The notes under the pieces are model-generated. The model made no database searches and was not told the origin of the DNA. It saw only the letters and a program-made list of their open reading frames with translations. Source: Vicugna vicugna (taxonomy: Eukaryota). From it: a DNA stretch of 64,000 bases. The position numbers were made by a program, and so were the translations under genes. Positions 13,561 through 26,089 of this stretch are shown here, one piece after another; positions within the stretch are counted from its first letter, which is position 1; each line of letters begins with the position of its first letter. The stretch is taken from positions 3,159,319 to 3,223,318 of the forward strand of contig MU061579.1 in assembly GCA_013265495.1 (NCBI GenBank). Reading direction: 5' to 3'.

Positions 13561-14199
13561 GAGAGAAAAAAAGCTATTAAATAAGGTACTTAAGTCTTCA
13601 AAGGTTCTGAGACATTCCATTGGTTTATTCCCAAAGATCTAATAAAATCATTGTTGGGTTTCTACACTTGGGAGGCATATACGTTAAATGAATCTGGAGA
13701 TAAGATCATTCTATACAAATGCACATAGTGGCTTCAATAGGACCTGGCTATTTTATTCATAGTCTTTTAACATCCTATGCTCAAAATCTAGTCAGTTACA
13801 AATTATTAAAGACTTAAATCCAAGGTCACCATGTCTAGATTCTAAACCTGACTGTATAATTTGTTTTGGCCTTATTTATTTTTTATTCAAGATACAGACA
13901 ATAAAATGTCTTACATAGGATATATACATAGAAGAAGTTTGGGGAGTGTGATACAGTATTACTTTGTTAATATCACATGTTTCTCTATGTATCCTTTTGT
14001 CTTCTTGTTGCCATTTCTCTATCTCTTACAGTCCAACATGCTGATACTGTCCCATCTCAGAATCTCCTACGTCAATTGAATAGCCTGAATATACAACCAT
14101 TTTCACAAACTGGAAGCCTAGAAACAATGTTTCCCTGTCTCAGCTATCTGTCAAGTTCTGTCCATTTTATAACTCAAATAGTTTTCAGGACTGTCCAGT

Positions 14200-14870
14200 T
14201 CTCTAGATTTCACCTGCCCCTACTTGTCCAAAAAAAAAAAAATGTATCTCTTATCTGGGCTAAAGAATTAATCTAACACCCTATTCCACAAAGTGATCAC
14301 TTGCAAATAGAGTCAGTCCCCACCTCCATTCCTACACTCATCCATACTTACCACACTCACTGCCTTTGGTGTAAAGAGGTAGGTATAGACATCTTCCAAA
14401 GGAATTTGCAGGTGTGACCCTCCCTACTTCTCAATCTTCCTCTTGTACTATATCCCCACTCCTTATTTGACATCTACACTAGCCTTTTTTTCACTTTTTA
14501 AACTGTGCCTTGTTGGCTTAGTGCACGATTTTCCATCTGCCTAGAGTGCCTTTTCCCTCTACAGGTAATGAATGCATCCTTTGAATTTCTAATTTGTCCT
14601 TTATACTTCAACCCAAATGTCACTTTCTCTACCAAGTGTTCCCTTATTCATCAGTTAGATGAAACTCTCTATTAGATAATCTGACAACACAGATAACGTT
14701 CTTTTCGTAGACCTTATCATATTTTTTTTGTTTATTTGATTAATACTTTATCTGCTCAAGGGCATAAGCCACCTGAAGCACAAAAAGTACTCAAACAGTT
14801 TTTGTTCATATTTGAATTTCTAGCTCTTAGCAAACAGGTATTCAGTAAATACATACTGAATGCATAAGTC
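14200..14870 (+). mobile_element. L2 3' portion
   Basis: TTCCATCTGCCTAGAGTGCC...CAAATGTCACTTTCTC...TTCAGTAAATACATACTGAATG terminus. Confidence 0.65.
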
Positions 14871-16846
14871 AACCTCAGGTAGATTTAAGACTGAATTTTT
14901 CATAAAACAAAAGCTAAAATTCAGTAATTTCTGTGCTCAGATAAAATCCAACTGTTTAAAAAGTAGTAAGAATCTCTTCTTCAAAGTTCTGCTCCTGTTT
15001 ATTCCTAAACACATTTTCTTACATTTGTTCTTCATAAAATATGTTTGACTCACTGAATCCTCAGTCCCACAAAAGATCTTGATTCACTGAATCCCCGAGG
15101 ATTTCTGAAAAGGCAGAAATCCTTGATTTTGGTTTCAAGGTAAAGCAAACTGGAACGAGACAAGCCTGCTGAGACTTAAGGTCATGATGGATCCAGAGCC
15201 AACTAAAGTCTGCAATCAATCTGCCTTCCTCCTCTCACCAGACAGCGAAGTCCCTTCTGTATCTGTGATGTCTCCTTGGATTGGCTCACAGATCCCAGGG
15301 CTGGCCATGAGATCTCACAACTCAAGTCCTGTGGTTAGCCGACCAGCTTCCTCACAGACATGGCAGTTGAGTGGAGTTAGAGTCAACGCCTCGGAGCAAT
15401 GCTCTTTAAGAGGCCATTGTTAAAATGTGTTTTTATTTTGCACTTGTAAAAGTCTCGTAACTGTGTTTAAACTATACTGCAAGACTTTAAAAGCAGTCAG
15501 ATATTTCAGGTATATATGGTACCTACCCTACTTTTTGCTGCAATTTCTAATACAAAGGTGATAAAAGAAAAAAAAAATTGTATCCTCGTAACCTCCCATC
15601 CCAGGAAGGGGCACATTTATCAATTCTCTATGCCCATCATAAAACACAGATGATATAAAAGAAAAAAAAAAAAAGGTTCTGAACTTGAGTTCCTATGGGA
15701 TATGACCCAATTTGAGATTGCCAACGCTGTACATTCATACCAGTTAAGTGAGTAGAGAAGTAAGGGCAAAAAGGAGAACTATAAAAGAGACCAGTTATTT
15801 TAAGCCTGTTAGAAAGAACAGGGATATAAATTTGTAATAGACTTTCCAAAATCCCTTAGCTATGCAACCAAGACTTTCTCTTTGATTTAATAAGAGAAAT
15901 GGTCATCTTGTTCTGCATAGGGTCACTCGAGTCTCCCGGTAACGTACAAACTGCTATAAGTGAAGAAAGAAGAAAGCGCAGAGTGTGCTGGGCATGTGAT
16001 CAGCCACTTTTTGACCCTCTCTCAGCTAGTCAAGGAGTGACATGAAACTTAAGCAATGGCTGAAAACAGTAATGCAAAAATGTTATTTGAAAAAGAAAGA
16101 ATGTGTTTTTTGAGGGTGAAGGAGTCAGCTCTGAAGGAGAAAGAAAATGAAAACAACTTTTCAGGAGACGTCAAAATCCATCTCACCTCTGCATTTTTAT
16201 TTTTGTGTGATGACTTCTTGATCACCCTTTTTTGTTGTTTTGGTTTCTAGCAGGGTGCCAGGAGAGATGTTCCCCAAATCCAGCTTATCATTAGGGCTCA
16301 GCTAATGGGAATCAGTCGAATTGCTCACAAGGTTCAGTTAAAGTGAACTATTGAGTTTAATTAAAGTGATAGATGAGAGAACCCAGGGTAATCCAGACTG
16401 TAACTCAGGTTTTACAAGGAGAACTAAAACACACACACACAATGCATAAGTCTATTTTTATGCCCTTACATATTTAATTTCAAATATATTAAACTATTCT
16501 TAAATTGTCAAATGACATTGGCAAACTTTGCCTTACTCTCTTCCAAGAATTCAAAATAAGGAGAATCTAGTGGTTCCAATATCCAAGTTTATTATGACTG
16601 TGAGAATCATGGAGCAGATGTACTGAAAAGCAGAATTATAAAATTTCCTTATTAGAACTGATTAGTATAATGGGGTACATCCCAGTTAGAGTATAGACAT
16701 TCTCTTCTGATTATTTTCCCTCAGAATTTGCTGTCCTATTCAGAATTTAAAGTAGGCAGTTCCAAGTGGCATATTTTAAAAACTTACTTGTTATCTCTAG
16801 CAAGTGAGATTTAATATTGATGTTTATTCAAACAGTAAAGACTTAC

Positions 16847-17050
16847 CATGAATTCTTTCTCCCCCAACTTTCACCTTGTGATACCTGCTGTCTTGAGTTC
16901 TTGTAGGTGATGCAGGACCCAGGGTGTAGGACTCCAATGTTTTTCATAGTCTTTGTATTTTTTGAGTATTTCTCTGACTTCCTTAAAAATCCAATCACTA
17001 AAAGATGGCACAAGTCTCCAGCAGGCACTGGTGACACTTCCGGATGGAGA
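16847..17050 (-). other. Candidate spliced exon (probably non-coding)
   Basis: Minus strand acceptor TTCTCTTCTTTTACCCCTAG| and donor ATG|GTAAGT bracket 204 nt of apparently unique sequence; no recognisable protein. Confidence 0.3.
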
Positions 17051-18222
17051 CTAGGGGTAAAAGAAGAGAACTGAAAGTAAGATTTAATATGCTTCAATCT
17101 GCCCTTTTCTACATTTTACTGTATGAAGCTGCAGAAGAGGAGATTTTTCTCTTTGTTTCATATAGTTTTAAAATATTTTAACAGTCACAATAGAGTCACA
17201 TGAATGGTTTTAACTGAATATCATCATTTGATCATCATAATGGAACTCATGATGCCTGGCTCTTGATCTCAGATGCTCATAGAAAATATGTTTTCTAATG
17301 ATTCAACTCTCTCCTTACTTCTGGAAATCCCCGAGAGGCTTTCACAAGTAGTAACATGTAACTTATGTCCAATGCTTCTCAGCATCTACCATTTCCTTCA
17401 TATTTTATTTTGTCTCCCCTCATGAGGTAGCACCTGAGATGCTATTTTCTATCTCCACCATCGTTGGATAAACACCGTCTCCTATTGCTACTAACGGTGG
17501 ACACCAGCAATGATGTGTGATTCCCGTTTCAGGTGCCAAATACCTCAAGGTAATTTATCCATTTTCTGTTTTCATGGCAGTGGGATAAAATCCTTCACAA
17601 ATTCTTTGTAAGACTGTTCTCAAACCTGGCAAACACAAGAGGCAATGCATCAATCCTGAGTAGAACAAGTGTACGTTCAAGTCTGAACCCCCTGTGTATG
17701 TGTACAGGAGTGATATGGTGGGGAGCAGTTCGACTCTGACTGCCGGGAGTTCTGATATGATTCCCGCCTTTGCACTTGCTGTTACCTAAATCTACTATTC
17801 TCCTCCAAGCCGCTTATCATTGACATTCAAATTCTCTCCTCTTCTTTCTACTTTTCCCCCCTAACATCTGAATGCAGTATTTCTTTCCCTCCTTCTCTCA
17901 CGTCCTCCAAGCAAGAAATGGGCCCACAACTCTACGAGACATAGGAAGCAACACAGCCTGTTTCTCACCTTCCTCCAGCTTTGACTTCCAACTTATACTT
18001 CCTTGTATTTCTGTTCGTTATTGCGAGCTGAACAAGCTCAAAGGCTATGAAAGGTTTTGCCTTTGTACAGACACATTCTTTTATTTGTATTGATTGACTT
18101 TCTATCACATTCAGGACGCGCTTGTAAGTAACCAAAGGAACATAGGACAACTCAGGCAGGAATCATTTACTGGAGTAACGAGTAGCTTGTCAGAGACTAT
18201 GAGAAATTACGTGCATGCAGCG

Positions 18223-18621
18223 CAGGGGTCTGCACACCACCACCCAGAGGCCAAATTCTAGTCTTGAGCACTTCTTTTCGTAAATAAAGTTCTCTTGGAA
18301 TACAGCTACACCCATCCCTGTGCTCAGGAAAGAGCCTAGCGTGAGGAAAGTAAGGCCTCAAAGGCACAATATTTAAAGAGGCGCTGACTTTCAGGGCCGA
18401 CACTCCAATGACCCTATAAATAAGTGTCCCCTTAAACTCTGCCGCAGGTACCTCACCCTTAACTCAACCCCCGGCTGGGCCAGGCCCTGCTTTTACATAG
18501 TATCTGTACTGCTTTTGTTCTAGAACTGCAGAATTGAGTAATTTCCCCAGAGACTGTATGGCCTACAAATTTTAAAATACTTGCTATCTGGTCATTCATA
18601 ACAACTTTTTACCAATCCCTG
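18223..18621. mobile_element. MER58A-like hAT element interrupted by a MER96-like element
   Basis: CAGGGGTC start, GTAAATAAAGTTCTCTTGGAATACAGC, resumes after 18489 with CAGAGACTGTATGGCC...CTATCTGG...CCCTG end. Confidence 0.8.
18325..18489. mobile_element. MER96-like palindromic hAT MITE
   Basis: CAGG...CTAGCGTGAGG...ATTTAAAGAGGCGCTGAC...CCTTAAA...CCTCACCC...GGCCCTG; decayed internal palindrome. Confidence 0.7.
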
Positions 18622-18869
18622 ATTGAGAAGAATTCTTATTTGAGTCTAAATGAGTCATATATTTTTAGAGGTCTGGACAAAAGCTGGGCTGTCACTAGTG
18701 CTGTCTCTATTTGTGGGTTCTGAGTCCTTAGGAAGATATCCAGTGGAGCAAATATTGACCACGAAGATGGACCAAGTAACATAAACTTAGCAGGAAAGAA
18801 ACCCCAAAATCTGAGGATAATGGCTGATGTTCCCATCTGCTCCCAACTCAGCCTCCTCTTTCCTTAAAG

Positions 18870-19130
18870 TCTGCAGGCTCTGGAGTCAGACCACCTGGGT
18901 TCAAATCTTGGCACTGCCATTTTGGAAGGATGCCACCCAAGGTAATCTGCGTCATCTTCCTGGGGCTGAGTTTCTCCATTTATAAAAGGGGACAGGGAGT
19001 GAAATTAATAGTGCCAGCCTCAGAGGGGGTGGACTTGGAGTCAACAAGACAATCCATGAGGAGAACTTAGAACAGGGTTTGGCACATTGTAAGGCAGCAG
19101 GTTCTCACTCAATATTAGTCCTTAGCATTG
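18870..19130 (+). mobile_element. MIR SINE
   Basis: GGCTCTGGAGTCAGACCACCTGGGTTCAAATCTTGGC...GAGTTTCTCCATTTATAAAAGGGG...CTTAGAACAGGGTTTGGCACA. Confidence 0.85.
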
Positions 19131-19268
19131 TTGCTGAGGCTGAAAGAGTGACATGCCTGTCAGTAAAAGCAGAAGCAACAATTTTTACTAAATTTTGTAA
19201 TAAACTAGGAGAATACATGACTGGAGTATGACGGCTCTTTCTGTAATATGTGATTAGAAGACACTCAC

Positions 19269-19353
19269 CACTGCTTGTCTGCTGCACACAGCTGGACTTT
19301 GGGTCACCACAATGGCTCAGGGCAGAGGACTCCAAAAGAACTTTGGGGCTTTT
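19269..19353 (-). other. Candidate spliced exon (probably non-coding)
   Basis: Minus strand acceptor CCCCACCTTTCTCCCAG| and donor GTG|GTGAGT bracket 85 nt. Confidence 0.25.
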
Positions 19354-20384
19354 CTGGGAGAAAGGTGGGGCCCAACAGTGTTCACGACAGGGTAACGGGC
19401 CAATTAAATCTGAGTGAACCTAGTTCATCATGCTTCATCCCTTTCAAAGCTGTGAGGACCCATGGCCTCCTGGTTCCAAACAGTGTTACATAAGTCTCTA
19501 GAGGATGCTAATAAAAGGCATGGAGAGATTCATGGAGATAATGCAACAAGAATTTAGATAAGGGAAAGATTACTTCCATGTGGGTATTACTATGACATCA
19601 GAAAAGACAGAATGACTACATTTTTTTAATCAGAACTTCCTTAGAAGGACCCAAAATGTATACATCACACTGATCTGAGCACTTGAAGGGGACCAGAGAG
19701 AGCTTGCAAATTCCTCGAGGACATGATTTAGGACATCAAATGGGCCTACATGAGTCTATTACACAGAGTAATGAATGCCCAACAATTTATTCCTTTAGAC
19801 ACATGATAAAATAAATGACTGAATAAATGTTCCTGTATATCATGCCCTGGCTATTTCTGTTTGCCCTGACTGACATTAAAATACCATCATCTGCCCCACA
19901 GGTTCTGGCCTTATCCTCACTGCTTTATACTGTCCTGTGAATTTCTTAAACCCTTTTCACTATTCATATGACCAAAGAGTCAAGTATATGTGCTTCTCTT
20001 GGGGTCTAATTACATTTTAATACTTTTGCTGGGATTTTTTAATTTCTCTTTGTCATAATTAACTGATTTTTGTTGGAAGCAGAGTTTAGAAAAAATGTTT
20101 CTAGTTTAGGATATGAAGGTTGTTCATAAAGTTTGCCATGAATTTAAGTAGTTATTTGAATAAACATGATAAAAATAGTTAAAAGTTATAAGCATTATTT
20201 TATATTCTCCTTACACTTCTCAAATTTATGTTTAATATGTTTGATTGTATAATTCTATGCTCTTTCTGTTTGGAGGAAAGTGTTAAATTCAACTGAAAAC
20301 ATCTCCAATTTGTAATTCGTGAGATCTGCTCATTATCACCCAAAGCATTTTGGTCAATAACAACAGTTATATCTTATCTAAATT

Positions 20385-20600
20385 TGAGAGCTTATAATAT
20401 GCCGGGTAGTGTTCAAAATGACTTGCACATTTGAGCTAATCAACAAAACAGCTCTTGCATTTGGTGCCATATTGTATCATTCCTAAACGTGCGGTGACCA
20501 AAACAGCTTAAGAATCTTCTCCAAAGTCATGAAACCAGGAAATTAGAGAGTTGGGATTAGACTGTATTATGAACCCAGGGTCCAAGGGCTTACTCACTGC
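20385..20600 (-). mobile_element. MIR SINE
   Basis: GAGAGCTTATAATATGCCGGG...CCAAAGTCATGAAACCAGGAAATTAGAGAGTTGGGATT...GAACCCAGG. Confidence 0.6.
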
Positions 20601-22699
20601 TAGCCTCATCATTAAATATATAGAAAATGATATGAAAATATTGTTCTGGCCTGCCTTTGGAAACACATACACTGGTTTCCTTGAAAGATTTTTGCTTCAT
20701 TTTTATTCTGGAACAACTAGCTTGAAAACAAAAGGAAAGGGGGAAAAAAAAAAACCAGAATCTGTTGTGGCCACCTGGGCCAACAGACTAAAGGATTTGC
20801 CATCCCCTGTTTTATTCCTGCCCACCTCAGCACTTTCAGTCTCGAGGGCATGCTGTTGCTCTTAATCATAAATTGAGAATGAGAAGCAGAATAATTAAAG
20901 GCCAAACGGTAATTATGAGCAAGATCTAAAGGGAGCAAAACTAACACTGAGTATAGGCCTTCAGTTTCCTATTAGTGCATTTAGGATTAGCTATAAACAG
21001 CCTTGTTAAACCCAATTAAATAGTTCATCTGAAGGATTTTTCTTATTAGCACAGGCTGAGTGATTTGACTTTTAGTACTATGTCCCTTCTTACTCACAAA
21101 TATTCTTCCAATGTCCACTTTGTCTTCTAAGTTTTTTGGTTTTTTTTTTTTTTTGACTTTTCACAGTGCCATATAAGAGCCTTTCTTGAAAGATACTGTT
21201 TGGCATGTAAGAGTTTTTGATAATGCTCTTAGAAATGTTGTCTGTTCCAAGGACACCTGGAGGTATTTCAAAACATTTTAAAATGTGAAAAAGTAGATTT
21301 CCAAGATAATATCATGTAGCTTGGTTTGAGGTGTGACAGAATACAGACACAGAGATGCTCAATGAAAATATAATTCCTGGTCAGATGGAGCTGCTTTGTT
21401 TAGAATATCTATTGCTTTCTCTAAACCACAACATTGGCGCCTTTTATAAGTTCAATGACTATCTGAGATTAATACAATGTCAAATCTGCGGTCTCTGTTA
21501 TCATTTTTTTACCTTTTTTTTTTTTTGAGGCCAAGATAATAAAATTATTTGAATTGTTTTTTGTTTTTTTCTCCACATATTATACAACTAGAAATAACTC
21601 ATTTTCAACATTTGCTGAAACAGATTGAGAGACATTTTGGCAAATGTGTTATCACATGTTACTATGAAATAGCATTTCAAATCACTCTAAATGGAAATGA
21701 AATTTGAAGGCTCCAGAATGCTGTGTGCTACCTCTGTATACAGACTCAGTGGGTTCTATGCTGGTTTGTTAATAAAAAAATTATGGTAAATACTTTCTGA
21801 TACTGGAAATATTTTCTTCATTTTATTTGTGCAACTAACAGATATTATTTTACTTTAGTTGTCATGTCAAGTTTGTTGAAAATATTCCTCAGTCGTTATG
21901 CTTCCAGTGGAGTTATAATGTAAAAGTATTTCTTACATAGTATAGATACTTGAAAATGTAACATAGAGATATACTCTTAAATATTTGAGGTTAAATCATA
22001 AAGTTAAAGTAATGTTTCCATATTTGTACAGGAAATAAATGGAGTGACTGCAACTACTTGTGAGACAAATTTTAGACTTCTTTCCATTTTCACACATTCT
22101 AACTTAGTAGAAATTCAATTATACCATTTCCTGTTTAATTGACAATTCCATTGTCTACACCTTTGTACATGTTTGTTTTTTAAACAAATGACTAAATAAA
22201 TGAAAATAAATACACCACATTGTTGTGTATAAGCTATCATGAAGTAAGGTGATTGTTAAATTAACAAAGCAGAAAACATTGTTTGATATTAAAAAAGAGT
22301 CTTGGTAAGCAATGCATTCTAATTGGCTGAATAATTATAATATCAGTTTCTCCAATAATATGGAAATTCCAGCATTCTAAGCCTCCAATTCTATCACTAA
22401 AACCATTCCTAATAAAATAGAATATAAAAAGTTCTCAAACTTGACAAAATGATCTTAAATATTCTTTGTTTTTTTAAGAGGGAAAGATACTGTTAGATTC
22501 AGATTTTTATTAACTTACGTACTTACACTTTATGCACGATTGCTAGATTTCCCCTATGCTAAAAAGCTCAACCTATCAATTATGTACTAACCTCAATTAA
22601 AATGCACAATTAATGCACAGTTATTTTTTAATGATGTTAATTGATCTCTGCGGGATTTTATTTTCAAGTTGTAACATAAGCATAGGATAGGTAGATTAC

Positions 22700-22900
22700 T
22701 TGTCAATATTAAAACATTGTTTGATTAGCCAAAAAAAAAAGGAAAAAAAAACCTCAATGTTCATTAACTGAGATATGATGGAATAAATCATGGTACAACT
22801 ATGCTATGGAATATCATGCTGTTATCAAAAATTTTAATAAATAGATTCTTATATATTGGCCTAGAATAAAGATGCACAATTATTACTATCTAAACAAATG
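22700..22900 (+). mobile_element. L1ME-like fragment
   Basis: AATGTTCATTAAC...AATAAATCATGGTACA...ATGGAATATCATGCTGTTATCAAAA. Confidence 0.55.
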
Positions 22901-25198
22901 AAATTAAGTACTGGAACTGAATGCTCTTGATTATTTGCCTGTGACTTAGTAGAGTCTTACCTAAACTCCAGCTAACTCAGTTCATAGGTGATAGAAATTC
23001 AAACATAGAGCAAGATTGCAGGAATAAAACAATTAAGAAAATATCATTCTTGGACTTACTTATTAGTTTTTTCTTATGTATCTAAATATTGAGTTTGATA
23101 GCATTTTCTTGAACTTTGACAGACATTTGTATTTATGACATATAGCTATCACAGAAAAATAACCCTTTGGGGCACTAGCATGTCGCACTATTTCTATACT
23201 ACATAATATTCAGCTACCATATTTGACTTATTAGGTACACATTGATTATCTTTAAAAAAATAATAATAATCTGCTTATTGCTAAAACTTCCATATTTTTT
23301 GCATACTTAGCACTTGCAGAGTTAGCGCCTAAAACACTTTGAATGAATATTTGCAACAAATTGATTATAAAGTAGAGTGTGGGAGTTTTGCAGAGGAAAA
23401 TTTATCTCAGCCTTATTTTAAATTGCTGGATTTATTTTTCTTAAAATTTTATACTACAGCTAATATTTTCCACTCCTGGTTCCAGGACAGAGGTGGTTAG
23501 CTTCCAAAGTCATAAATTAATGACATTCAGTACTTTCCAATTAGGAAACTGGAGGAAGTATGTGGTTTCATTTTTGTCCATGGGCCACAAAAATTCTAAT
23601 GTGGGTGAATTTCAAAACTCAGATTTTGCCTGTAGCTATTCTTTAGGGAGGAAAAGTTGTTAATAAATGTTTTAGTGTGAAGATAAATGCTTTTTCTAAA
23701 AAATTCATTTTTATTCTCATAAAATCAACACTGAACTATTTACATTGTTTGTTATAAAATAATGGAGTATTAGATAGCTGTATCTTAGCAAACAGCCTCC
23801 ACCACACTTCTGTGTGTTATATTCAAATAATTGACCTTAAAAATATTTGTTTTCCCACTTTCATTAAACAGAGACTTGTCTTAATTATATATTCTCTTCT
23901 ATTTGATTTGGAAGAGATGACCTGAGTACTTTTGGAAATGTAAAATAATGAAGTTAATGGTCTGTTAGAAAAATTTCTGTTTCAGGTTGGATTGTCATTA
24001 GATAAAACTTATCCTAAACATTTTATTTCAATTAAAGAAGATTGAAACTATTTTAGAAAATTGATCCACCATTACTGCAGTTCTAGCCTTTCATTGATTT
24101 AATGTCAATGTCCCAAATGGGACTGAAATTCCATAAACTAAATGAGAGACACATGTTTCCCTTTGTAAGTTTTTTTCACCAGAAAATATGACGCTGAAAA
24201 TTCACTCTCAAACTGGTTGAATAGTCATGATAGACTTTAGATGAGAATATTTACAATTATATCCCAAAACGGAGACGTCTACCTAATATGAGAGAGAGCA
24301 GCAATACACATTCAGATATAGCTATTCAGAAATTATTTCTCTAGGGGTCTTCTATCTAGGGCTCTCCTATGCACAGAAAACTGAAAAGAAATCAGCTTTT
24401 GCGGCTCATGCCACCTTCAGTTTTGAGTGAGATTTTCTAATTTATTAAACATTTTAGAAATCAATGAACTGATCACTATTTTATTCACTTAGGGAAACTG
24501 AGAGTCACTTATGAGAACACATGAAGACATAAATGCCACACACATTAAATTAAAGTATAAAGATTCACAGGTTTAATTAAAAATGACAGCAAAAAAACTG
24601 AAATTCCAATAGCACTCTTCATCAACAGTCAAATTTCAATGGATGTGTTCTCTTGAATCAAAAGCATTAACGAGCCTTTAAGAATCATAGTTCGTGAAAC
24701 AATGCCAAATTGATATACTGGCCAAGAAAGCTATTATTTAATAAATTAAGGAAATATATACAGCACATGAGAAATTCAAATCCTTCTCCCATTGAAAACT
24801 CTCTATATTGGGATTGTTAATTAAGTGAGGCGACACTTTCCTCCAGCATTATCTCTAACCTCTCTTATGTGATATTCATTATTCATAGTTTTGGTCTTGA
24901 CTTGTGGATAATTATGGTCGAAGTCCTAATTCTGAAGTGTTTATTAATCACTTCATTCTTCCTCTTATTAGCTGTACTTTACATAAGAGACCACTGAGTG
25001 CCAATTCATTTTGCACCGAAAGGTCAGTTTTATCTAAAAGTAACAAACTTTATTTTGTTTGATTTTTCTAGTAAGAAGAATGGAAGACCTTCTAAAATTA
25101 TTATTGTAAGATAATTCATATGCTTTCCAGGAATTTCTCTGGCTACCAGACTGAATCTTTTTAGAGATAATGTTGTGGTAACAAAAGTAAGTATGTAC

Positions 25199-25720
25199 TG
25201 TTGTGGGACAAGGCAGACGGGGACTGTGGGCAGTAAAAGAATTTATTAGAAACAAAGAAAAATGACAGAAAGTTTTATTAGATATGCTGCTCAAGGCAAC
25301 AGCGAGCAGACAGACTAGAGATGTCTGTGTGCCCTAAGGGCAGAATCTTAAGAGTTTTTTATAAGGAAGGACGAGACCATTTATGTGCTGTGCTCTACGG
25401 AAGGGGGTCTTGTTGAAGGCTTCCAGACATTAATTGATCTTAAGGGCTTAAGTTTGTTATGCCTGGGAAAGAAACAGTTTATCTTTAGGAGGAGGTAGGT
25501 GATCTGTATGCTTGAGGAATTTGGAGGAAGGGGCTTTGTTGGGTCATAACTCAGGGTTGTTAGTTGGGCTAAAACAATTACATGTTGGGAGAGGAATGTT
25601 CTTTGTGTTTTCTGGTTTATGTCTTCCTGACATGAGTGATTATAGTGCAGGCAGATATCTTATGACTGGAGTCCCATTTGGCTCTCTGTGGGGTCCCTCA
25701 CTTGTCCTTGAACCCCACTC
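25199..25720 (-). mobile_element. ERV1-class solo LTR
   Basis: + strand begins TGTTGTGGG; flanked by GTAC at 25195-25198 and 25721-25724 (4-bp TSD); minus-strand AATAAA (tttatt near 25243 and 25275) and TATAAAA (ttttata near 25360). Confidence 0.75.
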
Positions 25721-25726
25721 GTACTT

Positions 25727-26089
25727 TCATATGGGCAGAATGATATCCCCCTCAAATTCATATACTGAAGCCTTCATCCCCAGTGCACCTGTATTAGGGG
25801 ATAGGGATCATAGGAGGTAATTAACATTAAACAAGGTCTTAGGGTGGGGTGGCCTTCTAAGAATAGAAAGAGAAATCTCTTTCTTCACATGCCTGCCCTG
25901 AGGAAGGGCAATGTCAGCACACAGCAAGAAAGCAGTTGTCTGCAAAGCAAGGAGAGAGCTCTCACCAGAAACTGAATCAGCTGGCACCTTAATCTTGGAT
26001 GCCCCAGCCTCTAGAACTATTAAGAAATAAATGTCTGCTCCTTAAGCCACACAGTATAATAGTTTGTTATGGAAGCCCAAGCTGAGACA
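25727..26089 (+). mobile_element. MaLR solo LTR (MLT1A-like)
   Basis: CCCCCTCAAATTCATATACTGAAGCC...CTCACCAGAAACTGAATCAGCTGGCACCTTAATCTTGG...AATAAATGTCTG...TTTGTTATGGAAGCCCAAGCTGA. Confidence 0.85.

Noticed and set aside
16255..16420. Possible LTR fragment
   Set aside because: Only a vague resemblance to an antisense LTR end; no second terminus or TSD.
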